A stretch of DNA of 64,000 nt, taken from Patellaria atrata CBS 101060. Taxonomy: Eukaryota. Below the pieces are notes generated by a model. That model did not search any database. It saw nothing but the letters and a program-made list of their open reading frames with translations, and was not told where the DNA came from. The DNA lies in contig MU006113.1 of the NCBI GenBank assembly GCA_010093705.1, positions 6,849 to 70,848 on the forward strand, written 5' to 3'. Each line of letters starts with the position of its first letter. The first letter of the stretch is position 1. Position numbers and translations under genes: made by a program. Positions 58,578-64,000 of the stretch are shown here, piece after piece.

Positions 58578-59469
58578 GGTGCATTTGCGCCGAAGGAAGT
58601 CTTCAAGCGGATTTCCTGTTATCATTGACAGGCACAGTTCACGGAGTTCCATGAAAAGTGTTTCGGCTTGTACGGATACAGCGTTGCTTTTCTTCCTCCA
58701 TCATAACCCCCCCTCAGCATAATCAGTCTGCTGCAACAATATCCACGTTGCGAACTTTTCCCCCCAGCACCATTTACCCATTTTCCTTTGTCTGGGTTGT
58801 CTTTCAAAGAGCTCCTCCCCAGAATTTTCCCCCTCCACACCGGTTTGTTTCAGTACTACTTTTCCTTCCTGGTATCATGTTGGGACATTGGACTTTGAGA
58901 ATTGTCTAATGGAAGGGTTGGATCAGAGGTTGAGATCAATGGGCCGCGCCTAGCTATTTCCCTCTACCAGCTGAGTTTGCGATTAGGTTGGCAGAAGATG
59001 CAGAAATACAATTACTTTAATTTGTTGCTATAGATGTCATGAGTGCTGTGACAATGCGGCATCGTCTAGGTAATATCCTAAAGGCAATTCTTGCTAGGAT
59101 CGTTGTGAGACAATTTTAGAGTTAGAGGGTAAAGTACGAAGGGGAAGCCTGATGTGGCAGCATCATTTAGTAGAGGAGAACTTGGAGGGAACGTTCAACG
59201 GTGAGGTTCCGCACTAAACTTGGTATATGGGGCAAGTAGCGGATTGGTTAATATGGTTACAGGTTTCCCAGATACGGAATCACGTCAAAGGGATAGGAGC
59301 GTCCCGTGCCTCCGCAAACGATATCTCTCATCACGATAGGTTTCCACTTCTCGGGAACATCGAATTGACTAAGAATCTCAACAAGTTGAAAAGGCACTCA
59401 AAGCATATATACTAAGCAAGACAAAAGAAATTTATCTAAATAGAACAACATCATCACTGTCGCCCCACT

Positions 59470-61620
59470 CTAAGCATCAACCATGTCCTCATCGCCATCT
59501 TCCTCCTCCTGCATCACCGTCATTGCTCTCATATTTCTCCCAGCCTTGACATTTGCAGACTTGCCTCCCCAATCCTTTGCTGGGGCCGTCTTCCCTACAT
59601 CCTTGGTTGGAGTGTTGGGGACCAAAACTTCTGAAGGTGGCTCAGGGGATCCTGGTGTCTCACTCAGTTCGGAGTCAGATTCCTGGGGCTCCCTAGCTAC
59701 ACCAGTAAGTTCAGGTCTGACAAAATGCCATTCTTCTTCGGTAGGATTTACGTACTCCTCATCTAAGAGGAGCTCTTCATCTTCGGCCTCTTGGTCCACA
59801 TCCCCCTCTTCGTCGTTTAAGAAGAAGGATTCATCACCGCTAGAGACGAAGGTGTCGATACCATCGTCCGTTCTCTTCGGGTCAGCGGTGAGAAGGTCGA
59901 ATACCGTCATACTTGCACGGCCCTCCTCGAACGGTGTAAGTACAGGTCCCTCATTCCCAGGGATCGCGACTCTTGCCTCCCTTTCCGCCTTTGCAGCCTC
60001 ATGATCCACTGGCGTGCCTTTCGCCGGCTTCTTCCCCTTCCCTTTCGGAGTGCGCTGTCGCACCTGCGGTTCATTCTGACTTCTACTCTTTGGTGAACTA
60101 GGAGCAACGACTTTATCAAATCGAACTCGCTTGACGGCACCATCTTCCCGGTCTGGACCCGCGCGCTTTTTCGGCGAGGAAGGTGGCGAAGGAGACGGCG
60201 ATCGGTCTTGAGTAGCTTTTCGAGCTTTACGCTTGCTGGCCTCCAAGATCTCTTGCCTCCTCTTCTGTGTCATACCCGGGAATAAAGTGCTACTAAGCTT
60301 GACAACGGGGTTGGATACGGCGGTAGGCTGCGGCGCCGCTACATCCGTATCCGCATTCTCTCCATCGGCTTCGGCACCAGCATCGGGTTCTGCGACTGCT
60401 TTAGCAGTAGTCTTCTGTACCTTCTGAGATGATTTCGCCAATTTTGCGACTGGCTTGATCGGCTTGGTGGGAGCTTTGGTTGCTCCGCGAGTCGTCCTTG
60501 GCGGTGGTATATCTTCAACTTCCTCAACTTCGTCTTTCCCGTTCTCTTCCCCTGCTGGCTCAGTCTGCTTCCCTTGATCCGCAGCATCTTGACCCTCAGT
60601 GGCCCCAGCAGTCGGATTTTTCGCCTGCGATCTTGTATTCGGGCGAGACGCCGGTGCGGTTGTCTTCGCGCCCCGCTTTCCTTTCGGAGTAAGGTTACTA
60701 GACGGACCAGCTGTAGCTGACCCATCGCCCGGTGAAGGGGTTTTATCATTCCCCTCTTTAGGACCTAGAGTCGGGTCTCCTTTCTTCCCAGCCTTCTTGG
60801 GAGGTGGCTTCTTCTTGCCCTTTTTCTTCGCTTGCTCCTCATTTTCTCCCTCGGCTTGTTCCTCTGGTTCTTCTTCGGCAGGGGGTTGGGGCCTCTCTAC
60901 TACGATATTAGACAAAATATTCATGCTACAATCGGACATCGGGGAACTCGTACCAATCTCCTCTACATCTGCACTCGCTCCTCCATCCGCACCAGCTTCC
61001 GGACCGGCGTGAGTCCCGCAACCAGGAGCAGCCCCCTGACGTCCACCACGCCCCCTCCTCCCTCCCCTCCCTCTCCCTTTGGGAAAAATCTTACTCATAT
61101 TCCGCTGATGGACCGCCTCCTCGTCCTCTTCCTCACCGACAGGCTCACCTTCATCCTCCGTATCGCCCTCATGTACCTCCCTCTCATCCTCCATATCAGG
61201 GCCCTTAACCTCAACCACCATGCCCGTGCCTCGCTCCCTCAACAGCTCCAGCGCGTACCTCACATTTCCCCCGTGCACTTTTGCTCCCCCGATCCATCCA
61301 TCGCCCGTTACAACGCTGACGCGCTCCTTGCAGACGCGCCACGCTTCGAAGCCGGGGAGCTCGACGAGCCGAGCGTGGCATAGTTTCACCACATCTGCGT
61401 AGCTGTAGTCGAGGTTCAGTCTGGCGACGACGGGGTATTGGCCCGGGTGGTGGGTGGGGTGGAGGGGGCAGAGGGGAGGCGCGACGAGCGAGGGGAGGGT
61501 GGGGAAGGGGTGTGGGATCGGGGGCGAGAGGAAGGTTATGATTGTGGGGAAGTATTCGTTTTGGTCGTAATAGGGGTATACGGGCTCGATGCGGGGTGGG
61601 CCGGGCTTCTTTCTAGTCAT
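59470..61620 (-). CDS. Orphan protein: ~110-aa N-terminal globular domain plus long disordered RGG/Lys/Glu/Pro-rich region
   Basis: Over 700 open codons; ATG in CCCAAAATG context at 61620; RGRGGRRGRGG and several basic clusters. Confidence 0.8.
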   Translation of the reverse strand: MTRKKPGPPRIEPVYPYYDQNEYFPTIITFLSPPIPHPFPTLPSLVAPPLCPLHPTHHPGQYPVVARLNLDYSYADVVKLCHARLVELPGFEAWRVCKERVSVVTGDGWIGGAKVHGGNVRYALELLRERGTGMVVEVKGPDMEDEREVHEGDTEDEGEPVGEEEDEEAVHQRNMSKIFPKGRGRGGRRGRGGRQGAAPGCGTHAGPEAGADGGASADVEEIGTSSPMSDCSMNILSNIVVERPQPPAEEEPEEQAEGENEEQAKKKGKKKPPPKKAGKKGDPTLGPKEGNDKTPSPGDGSATAGPSSNLTPKGKRGAKTTAPASRPNTRSQAKNPTAGATEGQDAADQGKQTEPAGEENGKDEVEEVEDIPPPRTTRGATKAPTKPIKPVAKLAKSSQKVQKTTAKAVAEPDAGAEADGENADTDVAAPQPTAVSNPVVKLSSTLFPGMTQKRRQEILEASKRKARKATQDRSPSPSPPSSPKKRAGPDREDGAVKRVRFDKVVAPSSPKSRSQNEPQVRQRTPKGKGKKPAKGTPVDHEAAKAEREARVAIPGNEGPVLTPFEEGRASMTVFDLLTADPKRTDDGIDTFVSSGDESFFLNDEEGDVDQEAEDEELLLDEEYVNPTEEEWHFVRPELTGVAREPQESDSELSETPGSPEPPSEVLVPNTPTKDVGKTAPAKDWGGKSANVKAGRNMRAMTVMQEEEDGDEDMVDA

Positions 61621-62646
61621 TTTGGGTGGAGGTGTGTGGTGATTTGTGTGAGTTACGTTGTGTGGGTTTTGGCTTTGACGAGAGTTTTGAACTTTGGAAA
61701 TCATTTTGAGTATGGGGATGGGGTGGTGCCTTTTATGGGGAATGAGATGGGGTGTTTGGATGTCAAGTCTTGCGATTGTGGCTTGCTGAGGGGAAAAAGG
61801 GAAAACATAAGGCCAGCTTGATGGGTTCTTTTAACATTCTTTGAAGGGATGGAAGAGGGAAAATTAAATTGTGGACCTAGAAGACTGTCCGATAAAACTT
61901 TTCTTTGTCAGTTTTTCAATAATTTTACGGTCAAGTCGCTGTGTTTGACGAAAGAAGACTTTTAACAAGACAAGGAAAGTAGAGGAAATCTCCACGTAAC
62001 ACCGCATATGGTAAGTATGGATAGAATTGGAGATTAACTTGAATGTCGAAAACAAACTTACTATAGTATTGTTGTATCTAGAGTTAGACTCGACGGTGAC
62101 ATTGAGTTCAATGAATCATCGTCGACTGACTGACCATGTATGATAGTGTAACACGGCCTGCTTTCTCTCCTATTACTTCTGAGACATGTGATTTATCATA
62201 ACAAATGAACTGGTATGAGAAATCAGAGCCTACGAAAAAGGGTAAACTGTAGAACGGTTAGCAAGGACTAAAATTAGAAGAAATCAAACTCTATGAAAGA
62301 AACAATCACGATGTAGCGTAAACCCAGATCTTGCTTGAGGATTTAGAATACGTGAAGCACGTGTTCACGCCCTTTCGAATCTCATGGGCGATGCGAAGAA
62401 GGGACAACGACATCCACCCCGTAGAGTTACTAATAGATGCGTCTATCCAACCTCTGCACCTGTTTCAAATCTGTGAACAGTCAGGTTAGTAACTAAGTGT
62501 CCCAGGCGTTTGTTATATGTCTTACTTCATGTGTGCACTACTCGCACTGTCTCCAACAATGCAATATATAACGTCTATTCCCTGAAAATCTCCCAAACAG
62601 GACGTAAGCATTTCCTCCAACACGCAGCGCAATACCTAATAGCAAA

Positions 62647-63510
62647 ATGTCTCTCCAACCCCGCCCATTCGCCGTCCTCATCGGTTTCCTCCCTTCCCTC
62701 AACCCAGCTCGGGATAATAACATATCCAGCTACATCGACTTCACGTCCCTAGTGATCTGCATCGAATCTCTCAACACCTCCATGACTTACACCAATCTAG
62801 AAAACCTTCTAACCACCAAGCTCGCGCGGATCCGGGCATACAGGTCATGGGAAATTGTTCGCAACGATCTGCGGATCTCCTTTGAGCTTGGCTCGTACGT
62901 AAAGATCCCGAAGAATTATGTGGAGGAGATGATTATTATCTTTGTTGGAATCCGGGAGGGAGCGACTGGGAAAGAGGTACTAGATAAGATGATACTAGGT
63001 CCGCACAACGAGCAGAACGGGGAGCGTCTCGTGCGTCTCAGCTGTGCAAACGGCCATGATGAAGAGAAATTCGACGACGCGGGAGAAATATTTGACGGTG
63101 TGAAAGAGATGATATCAAAAATGAATTCTGCTAGGGGTAGGAGAAGCGAAAGCAATCCCTCTGATGCGGTAGAGACGAGATCGGAAACAGAATATTCCGC
63201 TCGTATAGACAGTAGAAGCGATGACATTTTCTATGATGCACAGGAGACGATATGAAATAGCGACCAGGAATATCATGATACGGTAGAAGAGATGTCAAAT
63301 AGCGACTTAGATTGTTCCCAAAGTGAAGAGAGCAGAAATCAGGAGAAAATAGATGATGTTCTAGAGACACAAGCAAATGAAGATGAGGAAAGTTATGATG
63401 CGGAGGGTTCGAATGAGGAATTGGGTCCAGGATCCTTCGCCTTAGGAGGATATTTTTCGAAGTACCTACGCACGAAAGTTGTCGGAAAGCTGCATGATAG
63501 AAAGGATTAG
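62647..63510 (+). CDS. Orphan paralogue of the 59470-61620 N-domain; in-frame TGA at 63253-63255 within an acidic repeat tail
   Basis: GCAAAATG start. LNTSMTYTNLENLLTTKLARIRAYRSWEIV aligns with LNLDYSYADVVKLCHARLVELPGFEAWRVC. ORF 63292-63510 is in the same frame. Confidence 0.65.
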
Positions 63511-64000
63511 AGTAACGTAGAGAGTATGTTGGTGGCCACCTAACTAGCGAAATCGGGAATTAATACTGGAGACAGCATGTCAGTCACCTATAGAAATGTA
63601 TTTTCGAAACATAGGTCACCAAGAGTGATTCTCAGGGAGGAAGAGATTTTGATTGAAAATTGGCGGTCCTTATGGATCCACCGAGATTGCGTCTTATGTA
63701 GTAGAGTCTCCAACTGTGAGCTGACTGTCGTCTGTATCATTTCTCTTTTTTAAAAGAGAAGATTATTATGATAGTCAGTTTGTCGTTTAAGACAGGACCC
63801 ATAACGCCATTCATTATGCTTTTCATTAGTAGATCTAGTCCCTCCCTTGTTCTGTAGCGAGTCTATCGTGTTCATCGATATCGCTCGAAGTTGTTAGCAT
63901 TTGTTAGCCCAGAACTGCCTCTTCAGACTTACGTAGCTTCCCAAGGGTAACATATCCATTCGTCTCCAACTGTCCTTGCAGCAAGATATTTGTTCTGTTC

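Overview
Eukaryotic DNA from a filamentous ascomycete (GT-AG introns with CTAAC/CTGAC branch sites, RIP-type mutations; class not determinable here). From left to right: the 3' end of a TPR-repeat (NLR-type) gene and a RIP-damaged hAT transposon (1-3.1 kb); a Cys4 microprotein; a TMEM234-like gene; a kinesin divergent from an Mss116-like DEAD-box helicase; a conserved hypothetical gene; a polyQ protein with a Mutator-type zinc-finger DNA-binding domain; TRM1; and a LaeA-like methyltransferase divergent from a cytochrome P450. An orphan island follows (32-40.6 kb, with a 100-N gap), then a transmembrane RING-H2 E3 ligase, a CFEM/GPI adhesin, a Psk1-like AGC kinase, a conserved hypothetical gene, a SAP-domain protein and a divergent orphan pair at 59.5-63.5 kb. 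Three features stand out. (1) The last P450 intron holds three homologous hairpin modules at 213/212-nt spacing whose stems have diverged but still pair. (2) Four highly diverged paralogues of an unrecognised ~200-290 aa family cluster in the island, and two of them are split by a single in-frame TAG upstream of a conserved block. (3) A second orphan paralogue pair shares an N-terminal domain. All alignments and folds were done by eye; no database searches were run.
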